DNA from: Deltaproteobacteria bacterium
GTDB lineage: Bacteria > Desulfobacterota > Desulfobacteria > Desulfobacterales > C00003060
NCBI GenBank assembly: GCA_030665585.1
Contig: DAOUZN010000003.1
Coordinates: 1 to 35,215, forward strand
Length of the DNA: 35,215 nucleotides
Reading direction: 5' to 3'
The position numbers and the translations under genes are program-made. The notes beneath the pieces were generated by a model. That model saw nothing but the letters and a program-made list of their open reading frames with translations, searched no databases and had not been told where the DNA came from. Each line of letters begins with the position of its first letter. Position 1 is the stretch's first letter. Below are positions 1 to 8,714 of the stretch, one piece after another.

Positions 1-162
1 CGACATTGAACGTTTTGGGATAAAGGCACTTGAGATATTCTGCGTTAAAAAATGCTAACTGTTTGAGGGCGTTAGCCCGAGTTTTAGCATTTTAGCTGAA
101 TATCTTAAGGGCCCCCAAAATGTTCACGGAGTGAGTAAAATTGACTTTTTACGAAACCATCA
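1..162 (+). repeat. Copy 1 of ~190-nt palindromic interspersed element (MITE-like or structured RNA), left end cut by window edge
   Basis: Near-identical to 6928-7088 and to the reverse complement of 27110-27271; ends in GACTTTTTACGAAACCATCA; folds as one long imperfect hairpin around a GGGC-GTTA-GCCC loop. Confidence 0.93.
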
Positions 163-180
163 TATTTCCTTATTCAAAAA

Positions 181-1959
181 GTGAAATCCTACTCAAAACA
201 AGTGGATCAGCAATCTTCCGAAAAATACTCATTTTTCTATCGGTTAGTAACCAACGAACATGCCATAATGGCCATACTGGCGGCAATTGTAGGTCTGGCT
301 GGTGGTTTTGGGGCCATTGGTTTTCGCTATCTTATAGGCTTTTTTCAGACAGTCTCTTATGGATCTGCGGGCAATTTGCTTGAGCTGGCTCTGTCGACGC
401 CATGGTATTTCAGGGTGTGCATTCCCGCTCTCGGGGGTTTGGTGGTAGGGCCAGTTGTCTATTTTCTGGCCAGAGAGGCCAAGGGGCACGGTGTTCCAGA
501 GGTCATGGAGGCGGTTACGCTAAGAAGCGGGATAATAAGAAAACGGGTTGTTTTTATCAAGTGTATAGTATCTGCCGTCTGTATCGGCACGGGGGGCTCC
601 GTTGGAAGGGAAGGACCGATTGTCCAGATAGGATCCGCCATTGGTTCCAGTATAGGCCAGGTGCTCAGGGTTTCAGCCGATCGCATCAGGACCCTGGTGG
701 GCTGCGGGGCCGCAGCCGGTATTGCCGCTACCTTCAATGCCCCCATAGCTGGTTCCATGTTTGCCCTTGAGATCATCCTTGGTGATTTTGGCTTAGCTAC
801 ATTTAGTCCCATTGTTATCTCCTCTGTTGCTGCCACCGCTGTTTCGCGCCATTTCCTAGGGGATTCCCCAGCATTTATTGTACCTGCCTACCAACTCATC
901 AGCGCTTGGGAACTCCCTTTGTATGTAATCCTAGGTTTTTTCTGTGCTTTAGTTGCCGTAGCTTTTACCACCGCACTTTATCGGGCAGAAGACATCTTTG
1001 ATAAACTAAGAATGCCCGAACATCTGAAAGCTGTGCTGGGGGGATTGATACTGGGTGTTATGGGCCTTCTTTTTCCCCACATTTTGGGTGTCGGTTATCC
1101 AGCCATTGATCTGTGTCTCATGCAGAAGCTTTCTTGGTGGGTCCTATTCCTCTTAGTCGTGTTTAAGATCCTGTCAACATCCGTTACCCTTGGTTCAGGC
1201 GGATCTGGCGGTATCTTTGCTCCGTCACTTTTCCTGGGAGCCATGGCGGGCGGGTTCTTCGGGACTGCGGTTCACCATATCTTTCCTGAAGTGACAGCCT
1301 CTCCCGGGGCATACAGTATTGTGGGTATGGGAGCAGTGGTGAGCGGAACTACTCATGGACCCTTAAGCGCAATATTGATTCTGTTCGAGATGACTGGTGA
1401 CTACAAGATTATACTTCCACTTATGATCGCCTGTATTGTTGGCTGCTTGGCGAGTGGTCAGATATTGAAAGACTCTATCTATACTCTAAAGCTGGCAAGG
1501 AGAGGGGTAAACATTAAGGCAGGAAAAGAGGTGAGTGTTTTAAGGTCAATATCTGTTAAAGATGTCATGAATCCTGAAGTAGAAACCATACCTGAGAATA
1601 TAACTCTAGGAAAACTAGCCGAAAAGATATCTAGGAGCAAACATAACAGCTTTCCTGTTGTGAATAAGGACGGTCATCTAACAGGTGTTCTTACATTTTT
1701 CGATTATCATGATGTGGTCTTCGATGAGCATCTGAAAGATGTGGTGGTGGCCAGAGAGGTTGCCACTACAACGGTGGTTACAGTATCAGCTGATGACAAT
1801 CTCTACAATGCTATGGAAAAAATCGCCTTAAAGGATTTTTCTATTCTACCCGTTGTCTCCCCAAATAACCCATCCCTATTGTTGGGAGTTTTGAACCGCA
1901 GGGATATCTTTAGCGCATATAACAAGGCTGTGATCAAGAAGGCCATCTTTCCTGAATAG
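181..1959 (+). CDS. CLC-family chloride channel/transporter with C-terminal CBS pair
   Basis: CLC motifs GHGVPE, GREGP, GGIFAP and SIYT; many TM helices; two CBS repeats (VKDVMNPEV...FPVVN...GVLT; VSADDNL...LPVV...LLGVL). Start codon uncertain. Confidence 0.93.
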   Translation: MKSYSKQVDQQSSEKYSFFYRLVTNEHAIMAILAAIVGLAGGFGAIGFRYLIGFFQTVSYGSAGNLLELALSTPWYFRVCIPALGGLVVGPVVYFLAREAKGHGVPEVMEAVTLRSGIIRKRVVFIKCIVSAVCIGTGGSVGREGPIVQIGSAIGSSIGQVLRVSADRIRTLVGCGAAAGIAATFNAPIAGSMFALEIILGDFGLATFSPIVISSVAATAVSRHFLGDSPAFIVPAYQLISAWELPLYVILGFFCALVAVAFTTALYRAEDIFDKLRMPEHLKAVLGGLILGVMGLLFPHILGVGYPAIDLCLMQKLSWWVLFLLVVFKILSTSVTLGSGGSGGIFAPSLFLGAMAGGFFGTAVHHIFPEVTASPGAYSIVGMGAVVSGTTHGPLSAILILFEMTGDYKIILPLMIACIVGCLASGQILKDSIYTLKLARRGVNIKAGKEVSVLRSISVKDVMNPEVETIPENITLGKLAEKISRSKHNSFPVVNKDGHLTGVLTFFDYHDVVFDEHLKDVVVAREVATTTVVTVSADDNLYNAMEKIALKDFSILPVVSPNNPSLLLGVLNRRDIFSAYNKAVIKKAIFPE

Positions 1960-2077
1960 ACCCTGAAATTGGTGGAAGCTTGTCTTTTTCAAAGCAATTG
2001 CATTTTGATTCAATGTTTGGTACGGGATTCTTCGTTCAAGAGAAAAGCCTCAAACGAATAGATTAAGGAGGGTCATT

Positions 2078-3280
2078 ATGCTCATGTCCGAACGAATCAG
2101 GGCTATCAAACCGTCTCCGACCCTGGCGATCAACGCAAAGGCTGTGTCCATGCGTCAGGCAGGGGTGGATGTGATCAGCTTTGGTGTTGGAGAGCCTGAT
2201 TTCGATACGCCGAGACACATTCGGCAGGCCGCCGTGCGGGCTATCGAGGAAGGATTTACCCGGTACACGGCCGTCGGTGGTATCCCTGAACTCAAAGAGG
2301 CCATCATAGAAAAACTGCGGTGCGACCAGAACCTGAGCTACGAGCGTGAAGAGGTCATGGTCTCCTGCGGAGGCAAACACGTCCTGTACAACTTGGCCCA
2401 GGCGACCCTGAACCCCAACGATGAAGTCATCATTCCTGCACCTTACTGGGTCTCCTATCCTCCCATTGTGATCCTTGCAGGGGCAAGTCCTGTCATCGTG
2501 GAAACAAGGGAAGCCGAAGACTTTAAGCTATCTCCTGACGCCCTTGAAGAGGCCATCACGGCACGGACCAGGCTTTTGATTCTCAACAGCCCCTCCAATC
2601 CCACCGGATCGGTTTACAGCCAACAGGAATTGGAAAGGTTGGCCGAGGTTGTCCTGAGACATGATATCTCCGTGGTTTCAGATGAAATCTACGACAAACT
2701 CATCTTTGACGGCAAACCCTTTCGCAGTATCGCGCAGGTCAGCGAGGAGCTCAAAGGAAAGGTTTTCGTTGTCAATGGCGTGTCAAAAACCTACGCGATG
2801 ACCGGCTGGCGCATCGGATATGTGGCGGGAGCCCGCGAGGTGATTGCAGGGATGACAAAAATCCAGAGCCAGAGCACGTCAAACCCAAATTCCATAGCCC
2901 AGAAGGCTGCGATCGCTGCATTGACCGGCCCGCAGGATTCGGTCGGTAATATGGTCCGGGCCTTTGATGAACGGCGCAAATACCTCGTGGGACGATTGAA
3001 TGCCATGCCAGGGATCCATTGCAACATGCCGGCCGGCGCTTTCTATGCCTTTCCTGATTTTAGTCATTGTTTCAAGATAGATCAGGATGGGCGCGATATG
3101 AAAGGGTCCGGGAGTCTGTGTGATTATCTTTTGACCGAGGCTCGGGTCGCCCTTGTGCCGGGGATTGCCTTTGGCGCGGATGATTTTGTCAGGTTTTCTT
3201 ATGCAACAAGTCTCGAGGCCATCAGGGAAGGGGTCGATAGAATAGAGGAGGCACTCCAACGGTTGGTGTCTTCTGCCTAG
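2078..3280 (+). CDS. aspC: PLP-dependent class I aminotransferase (aspartate aminotransferase, subgroup Ib)
   Basis: GEPDFDTP, NSPSNPTG, DEIY, SKTYAMTGWRIGY (PLP lysine), GAFY; RBS AAGGAGG upstream. Substrate not provable from sequence. Confidence 0.88.
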   Translation: MLMSERIRAIKPSPTLAINAKAVSMRQAGVDVISFGVGEPDFDTPRHIRQAAVRAIEEGFTRYTAVGGIPELKEAIIEKLRCDQNLSYEREEVMVSCGGKHVLYNLAQATLNPNDEVIIPAPYWVSYPPIVILAGASPVIVETREAEDFKLSPDALEEAITARTRLLILNSPSNPTGSVYSQQELERLAEVVLRHDISVVSDEIYDKLIFDGKPFRSIAQVSEELKGKVFVVNGVSKTYAMTGWRIGYVAGAREVIAGMTKIQSQSTSNPNSIAQKAAIAALTGPQDSVGNMVRAFDERRKYLVGRLNAMPGIHCNMPAGAFYAFPDFSHCFKIDQDGRDMKGSGSLCDYLLTEARVALVPGIAFGADDFVRFSYATSLEAIREGVDRIEEALQRLVSSA

Positions 3281-3360
3281 TCAGTGGTCAGTGATCATCG
3301 GAATCAGGTAGCCAGTCATTCGGACTCGTGCCCCACGACTGACGACCAATGACCACTGAC
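3280..3360. terminator. Imperfect inverted repeat between convergent genes (possible bidirectional terminator), built from heptamer-like units
   Basis: GTCAGTGGTCA (3280-3290) pairs with TGACCACTGAC (3350-3360); no clear U-tract. Confidence 0.4.
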
Positions 3361-3371
3361 TGAGGCTGACA

Positions 3372-3650
3372 CTAGCGAGCACTTCGCTTGGATGCCTTGA
3401 GCGGATTGACTTTAGCAACTTCGCTCTTGGCTGTATCCCTTACATGGGTTGCAAGGTTGCATTGGCCGTTTTTCCACTTGAGTGCGGGGTCCGGACAAGC
3501 CGTGCAGTACCATCCAGAAGGAAATTTGGTGCTGCGGTTGCATCCGTCGCAGTGGTCGACCGTGTGATGGCAGGTGCCGCCGTTAAAGGAACAGCCCTTC
3601 TTGGTCATAAACACGCATTTCGCGCCCGGCTTTACGGTTGTACAGTCCAT
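3372..3650 (-). CDS. PxxKW-family cysteine-rich small protein (92 aa)
   Basis: 9 Cys including CxxC pairs, PALKW motif, CNLATH, basic tail KVNPLKASKR; ATG at 3650 with RBS GAAAGGGGG. Confidence 0.85.
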   Translation of the reverse strand: MDCTTVKPGAKCVFMTKKGCSFNGGTCHHTVDHCDGCNRSTKFPSGWYCTACPDPALKWKNGQCNLATHVRDTAKSEVAKVNPLKASKRSAR

Positions 3651-3833
3651 GGGAATCACCCCCTTTCTCAGTTCGTTATTGTATCCTCACCCGGTTTGGG
3701 AGGAATGAAAAGCACAACTCTATATAATCCTAGTATATGTACCTTTTGTCAACCACATTTTGCACCCGAATCCTTTTTGTGCATCCCTTTTTTCAGGAGC
3801 GCTGTTCGGCCTCTTGGCTCGAGTTTATGACAT

Positions 3834-3849
3834 TGGAACGTCTTTTGCA
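3834..3849 (+). promoter_or_regulatory. Putative sigma54 (-24/-12) promoter upstream of pilC
   Basis: TGGAACGTCTTTTGCA: GG-N10-GC with TTGCA, close to consensus TGGCAC-N5-TTGCA; ~85 nt before the pilC ATG. Confidence 0.55.
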
Positions 3850-3933
3850 TATTTTTCGAAAGTTCATGATACCTACACAACGATTTTAGGTATCCAGCTT
3901 CTGCAAATCCTCAACAGCAAGGAGAGGTGACCT

Positions 3934-5145
3934 ATGCCGGTTTATGTGTGGCAAGGACAAGACAGGAGGGGCACAAACCAAAAGGGCGAAATAGAGGCTA
4001 TTGACGAGGCGGCCGTGGGTCTCCAGTTGCGCCGCATGCAGATCAAGCCTGCCAAGATAAAGAAAAAGCCTAAGGATTTGTTTGAGAACGTCTCCTTCCT
4101 TCAACCCAAGGTACGCACCCCTGACGTGGTGGTGTTTGCCAGGCAGTTTTCAACGATGATCAATGCCGGACTTCCGCTCATTCAGTGCCTTGACATCCTC
4201 CAGGCCCAGCAAGAAAACAAGACCTTTAAGAAGATGTTGAAACGGATCAAGGAGACTGTGGAGGGTGGTTCCACCCTTGCCGATGCGCTGGGCAAGTACC
4301 CGAATGTATTCGATGACCTTTTTGTCAACATGGTTGCGGCAGGAGAAACGGGCGGCATCCTGGACACGATTTTGAACCGCCTTTCCGAGTACATGGAAAA
4401 GGCGATGAAGCTTAAAAAGCGGGTCAAGTCGGCTATGACCTATCCCATTATTATCCTTTGTATTGCCGTTTTGGTAATCGGGGTCATCATGGTCTTCGTC
4501 ATCCCTGTTTTTGAAAAAATGTTTGCGGACTTCGGCGGCGCCCTTCCAGCGCCCACCCAGATAGTCGTAAACGTGAGCGACTTTATCAGAGATAATATCC
4601 TTTATATGATCGGCGCTGTCGTGGTTTTCTTCTTTGTATTCAAGCGATATTACAAGACTGAAAAGGGGCGTGCCCTCGTAGACAATTATTTGCTCAAGCT
4701 ACCCGTTTTTGGCCTGCTCCTGCGCAAAGTCGCCGTGGCCAAGTTTACCCGCACCCTGGGCACGATGGTCAGTAGCGGCGTGCCCATCCTGGATGCGCTG
4801 GATATCACGGCAAGGACTTCAGGCAACAAGACGGTTGAGGCAGCTATTTACAGGGTGCGAGTGGCCATTAGCGAGGGTCGGACCATCGCAGACCCCTTGG
4901 CTGAGAGCGGGGTGTTTCCGTCCATGGTCTGTCAGATGGTGGCAGTGGGAGAATCCACGGGGGCATTGGATGCCATGCTGTCAAAGATCGCCGACTACTA
5001 CGATGATGAGGTGGATGCGGCCGTTGACAGTCTGACCGCCATGATCGAACCCTTTATGATGGTCTTTCTGGGTGTCACCATTGGTGGGTTGGTAGTTTCC
5101 ATGTATTTGCCTATCTTCAAGATGGCAGGCATGGTTGGCGATTAG
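3934..5145 (+). CDS. pilC: Type IV pilus inner-membrane platform protein PilC (T2SSF family)
   Basis: FARQFSTMINAGLPL, AGETGG.LD, KKRVKSAMTYP, VGESTGALDAML, SMYLPIF; RBS AAGGAGAGG. Confidence 0.95.
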   Translation: MPVYVWQGQDRRGTNQKGEIEAIDEAAVGLQLRRMQIKPAKIKKKPKDLFENVSFLQPKVRTPDVVVFARQFSTMINAGLPLIQCLDILQAQQENKTFKKMLKRIKETVEGGSTLADALGKYPNVFDDLFVNMVAAGETGGILDTILNRLSEYMEKAMKLKKRVKSAMTYPIIILCIAVLVIGVIMVFVIPVFEKMFADFGGALPAPTQIVVNVSDFIRDNILYMIGAVVVFFFVFKRYYKTEKGRALVDNYLLKLPVFGLLLRKVAVAKFTRTLGTMVSSGVPILDALDITARTSGNKTVEAAIYRVRVAISEGRTIADPLAESGVFPSMVCQMVAVGESTGALDAMLSKIADYYDDEVDAAVDSLTAMIEPFMMVFLGVTIGGLVVSMYLPIFKMAGMVGD

Positions 5146-6850
5146 CGCAGTGACTGGGGTCGCTTCCAACACGTTGGGTCCAAGGCAATACTTGTCTAAG
5201 AGACTCCAGTGGTTAATGTTCCTGCGAGTCATCTTCACCACCGTTCTGCTCGGCTCCACCATCATTGTCCAATTCAAGGGTCGGGAATCCCTCATCGCCC
5301 CCCCCTTTTTGGTCCTCTACGGCCTCATCGGAACCATTTACCTCCTTACCTTTGTCTACATCCTGGTTTTCAAGCGGTTTCGACCAGCACTGAGCTTTGC
5401 CTACCTGCAAATTGGCCTGGACACCGTGTTCGTAACGTTGCTTATCTATGTAACGGGCGGCATTGCGAGTGTTTTCTCTTTTCTCTATCTCGTGGTTATT
5501 GTTTACGCCAGTATGCTTCTTTACAAGAAAGGGAGCTTTGTCATGGCCATCCTATGCAGTATTCAGTATGGGGCCATGATGGACCTGGAGTACTATGGAA
5601 TTTTGAGACCCTTTTTTACCCAAGCCAACCTGAGTATTCACACCTATGAGCCGGCGTACGTTCTTTACAAGGTCGTGATGACCATGGTGGCCTGTTTCCT
5701 GGTTGCTTTTTTGAGCAGCCACCTTGCACAACAGACCCTAAAATCCGAGGCGGAGCTCGAAGCCAAACAGCAAGACCTCAAACAGTTGGAGGCTTTCAAT
5801 GCGAGCATTGTCCACAGTATGGACAGTGGACTTCTGACATTGGGTTCTTCAAATACGATCACCTCCTTTAACCGGGCCGCCGAACAGATAACAGGATTTG
5901 AGGGTGAAGAGGTTCTGGGCAAATCCTTGGCCGCCATATTCCCAGGCGTGGTTGAGCATCTCACCGCCCCCGGCGAGTTTTCGCAAAAGAGACTGCAACG
6001 TTACGATGTGGAGTTCAAGAAAAAGAATGGAGCCGTTGGTTACCTGGGGTTTTCAGTCTCTTCACTCATGGAGCCTGATGGAAGGGCCATAGGTAAGCTA
6101 CTCATTTTTCAGGATCTAACGGCCCTCAAGATCATGGAAGCACATATTAAGCGGGTGGACAAACTGGCAGCCGTAGGAGAGATGGCTGCCGGCATCGCCC
6201 ACGAGATAAAAAATCCGCTGGCCTCCATGACCGGATCGATACAGCTCCTGAAAGACCAGATCAGCGAGACATCCGTTACGCAGAAGCTGATGCGGATTGC
6301 CTTGCGGGAAGCTGATCGCCTGAATGGGTTAACGAATGATTTCCTCCTGTTCGCACGCCCCAATTCAGGCAAGGCGGAGGCTGTAGAGCTGGGTACCGCT
6401 ATTGATGAGACCTTGGAATTGTTTCAGCAAGACGCCGTGCGCCACAACGGCGTCAGGGTGGTCCGGCATGTTGCACCTGATATTTGGACAAAGATGGATC
6501 CTAAACATATACGTCAGGTCCTGTGGAACCTCCTTTTGAACGCGGCTGAGGCGATTGACGGCAAGGGCACGATTGAAGTATCGGCGCAAATCATAAGAGA
6601 CTCGGTTCAATTGGCTATCAGGGACGATGGCTGTGGCATACCCGAAGAGACGCAAAAGACTGTCTTTGATCCCTTTTTTACGACCAAAGCTCACGGTACT
6701 GGTTTAGGCCTTTCTATTGTCCACAGGCTTGTGGAATCATACGGTGGGCGCGTGGACGTCCAGAGTAAAGAAGGCCAGGGAACCACCTTCATCCTACACC
6801 TCAAGAGAATAGACCCGCCAGGCCGCGCCCAAGCAGGCCTTTTACCTTGA
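5135..6850 (+). CDS. pilS: PilS-like membrane sensor histidine kinase (TM region, PAS, HisKA, HATPase)
   Basis: N-terminal TM helices, PAS (FNRAAEQITG), H-box AHEIKNPL, N-box NLLLNA, DDGCG, FDPFFTTK, GTGLGL; directly after pilC. Start may be GTG at 5150. Confidence 0.85.
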   Translation: MAISAVTGVASNTLGPRQYLSKRLQWLMFLRVIFTTVLLGSTIIVQFKGRESLIAPPFLVLYGLIGTIYLLTFVYILVFKRFRPALSFAYLQIGLDTVFVTLLIYVTGGIASVFSFLYLVVIVYASMLLYKKGSFVMAILCSIQYGAMMDLEYYGILRPFFTQANLSIHTYEPAYVLYKVVMTMVACFLVAFLSSHLAQQTLKSEAELEAKQQDLKQLEAFNASIVHSMDSGLLTLGSSNTITSFNRAAEQITGFEGEEVLGKSLAAIFPGVVEHLTAPGEFSQKRLQRYDVEFKKKNGAVGYLGFSVSSLMEPDGRAIGKLLIFQDLTALKIMEAHIKRVDKLAAVGEMAAGIAHEIKNPLASMTGSIQLLKDQISETSVTQKLMRIALREADRLNGLTNDFLLFARPNSGKAEAVELGTAIDETLELFQQDAVRHNGVRVVRHVAPDIWTKMDPKHIRQVLWNLLLNAAEAIDGKGTIEVSAQIIRDSVQLAIRDDGCGIPEETQKTVFDPFFTTKAHGTGLGLSIVHRLVESYGGRVDVQSKEGQGTTFILHLKRIDPPGRAQAGLLP

Positions 6851-6897
6851 CACCCACAGGGGAAATAGGTTAGCAAAAATTTTCTGTTTCTGTAAGT

Positions 6898-7089
6898 TCG
6901 GCAGCTTCGTAAAAAGTGTTTTGCGAACGACATTGAACATTTTGGGATAAAGGCACTTGAGATGTTCAGCGTAAAAAATGCTAACTGTTTGAGGGCGTTA
7001 GCCCGAGTTTTAGCATTTTAGCTGAACATCTTAAGGGCCCCCAAAATGTTCACGGAGTGAGTAAAATTGACTTTTTACGGAACCATCAA
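6898..7089 (+). repeat. Copy 2 (full length) of ~190-nt palindromic element
   Basis: Terminal inverted repeats CGTAAAAAGT...ACTTTTTACG; inner stems TGAACATTTTGGG/CCCAAAATGTTCA, GAGATGTTCAGC/GCTGAACATCTT and AAAATGCTAA/TTAGCATTTT. Confidence 0.95.
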
Positions 7090-7110
7090 GTTTCGGCGAG
7101 GTGCCCCTGC

Positions 7111-8592
7111 ATGATGGACGGATCAAGTGAGGTTATTCGCCAACGACGAGAAAAAGCAAAGGCTTTGACTGATCGGGGTGTTGATCTTTATCCCAACGAC
7201 TTCAAGGTTTCTCACAGGGTGGAGGACGTAAGACAGTCTATTGCCAGACAAGGGGAGGGCGTTGACGATACGGCCCCTTTTGCCATGGCGGGCCGGATCA
7301 TCATGCTCAGGTCTTTCGGGAAGGCGGCCTTCCTCCATTTCAGGGACCACACCGGACAGCTTCAAGCGTATGTCAAGCAAGACGAGGTTGGGGAGGAAGC
7401 CTATGGGTTGTTCAAACAACTTGACGTTGGCGACTTTATTGGAATCAGAGGAACCCTATTTCAGACTAAAACAGGTGAATGGACTCTTTTGGCCAAGAAG
7501 ATTCGTCTGCTTTGCAAGGCGATGAGGCCGTTGCCCGAGAAATTCCACGGGCTAAGGGACCCTGAGAAGCGCTACCGTCAGAGGTACCTTGACCTCATTA
7601 TGAATCCAAGTGTCCGTAAAGTCTTTGTCACCAGGGCACGGATTATCCAAGCCTTCCGGGATTTCCTGCTCGAGCGCGGTTTTCTGGAGGTAGAGACACC
7701 CATGATGCAGCCCATTCCTGGAGGGGCTGAAGCCACACCTTTTCAGACCTTTCATAACGCCTTAGGTATGAATCTTTTCTTACGGGTGGCACCGGAGCTT
7801 TACTTAAAACGATTGGTCATAGGGGGGATTGATCGCGTTTTCGAAATAAACAGAAGTTTCAGGAATGAGGGGGTATCAACCCGGCACAATCCGGAATTCA
7901 CCATGCTGGAATTTTACCTTGCTTATGCGACGTATGAAGATCTGATGACCTTGACCGAGGAGACACTTAGATTCGTCACCCAGCAAGTTTTGGGGGTGAC
8001 TCATTTTTCGTACCAGGGAAGCAACATTAATATGGATGGACCCTGGGCCCGCCTAACGCTGGAGCAAGCCCTGAATGAACTGGGTGGTGTTGATCCCTCC
8101 TTGTTGAATGATCGGCAGGGATTGCTCGCTCTTGCAAAATCCAAAGGGATTGAGATCAAAAAAGGACGGCGGCGAGGCAAGATCCTCACGAAGCTGTTCG
8201 ATGCGTTGGTGGAGCCCAAGCTGATTGCCCCTACTTTTGTTGTAGACTATCCGGTAGAGGTCTCGCCCCTTGCTAGGAGGAGCCGTTTGGAGCCCGACAT
8301 GGCGGAGCGATTTGAGCTCTTCATCGCAGGGAGTGAGATTGCCAACGGGTTTTCGGAGCTGAATGATCCGGTTGACCAAAAGAGGCGCTTTTTGGATCAG
8401 GTTGCAGACCGTCAGGACGGTGATGAAGAAGCCCACTACATGGACGAAGACTACGTGACGGCTCTCGAATACGGCATGCCTCCCACAGCAGGTGAAGGTG
8501 TCGGCATTGACCGATTTGTCATGTTGCTGACCGATGCGCCTTCCATCCGGGAGGTGATCCTTTTCCCTCTACTGAAGAATATTCGTCATTAG
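7111..8592 (+). CDS. lysS: Lysyl-tRNA synthetase, class II
   Basis: [72 protein letters not shown]. Start moved to ATG 7111 (RBS GAGGTG) because the ORF-track start lies inside the repeat. Confidence 0.97.
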   Translation: MMDGSSEVIRQRREKAKALTDRGVDLYPNDFKVSHRVEDVRQSIARQGEGVDDTAPFAMAGRIIMLRSFGKAAFLHFRDHTGQLQAYVKQDEVGEEAYGLFKQLDVGDFIGIRGTLFQTKTGEWTLLAKKIRLLCKAMRPLPEKFHGLRDPEKRYRQRYLDLIMNPSVRKVFVTRARIIQAFRDFLLERGFLEVETPMMQPIPGGAEATPFQTFHNALGMNLFLRVAPELYLKRLVIGGIDRVFEINRSFRNEGVSTRHNPEFTMLEFYLAYATYEDLMTLTEETLRFVTQQVLGVTHFSYQGSNINMDGPWARLTLEQALNELGGVDPSLLNDRQGLLALAKSKGIEIKKGRRRGKILTKLFDALVEPKLIAPTFVVDYPVEVSPLARRSRLEPDMAERFELFIAGSEIANGFSELNDPVDQKRRFLDQVADRQDGDEEAHYMDEDYVTALEYGMPPTAGEGVGIDRFVMLLTDAPSIREVILFPLLKNIRH

Positions 8593-8714
8593 TTGGTGCT
8601 GCGGGTTACGTGGACAGGTGAAAATTTCGTATGTCATGAAAGCCGGTCGCCGACGCCTGCATCCACCTCAATGCACCAGACGCGCTCACCACGCCAAGTG
8701 GAGCAACTGCCATC

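Noticed and set aside
7057-7110. N-terminal extension [10 protein letters not shown] on LysS, and the same start on ORF 26908-27141 (-)
   Set aside because: Both are translations of the repeat's end; the real lysS start with an RBS is at 7111
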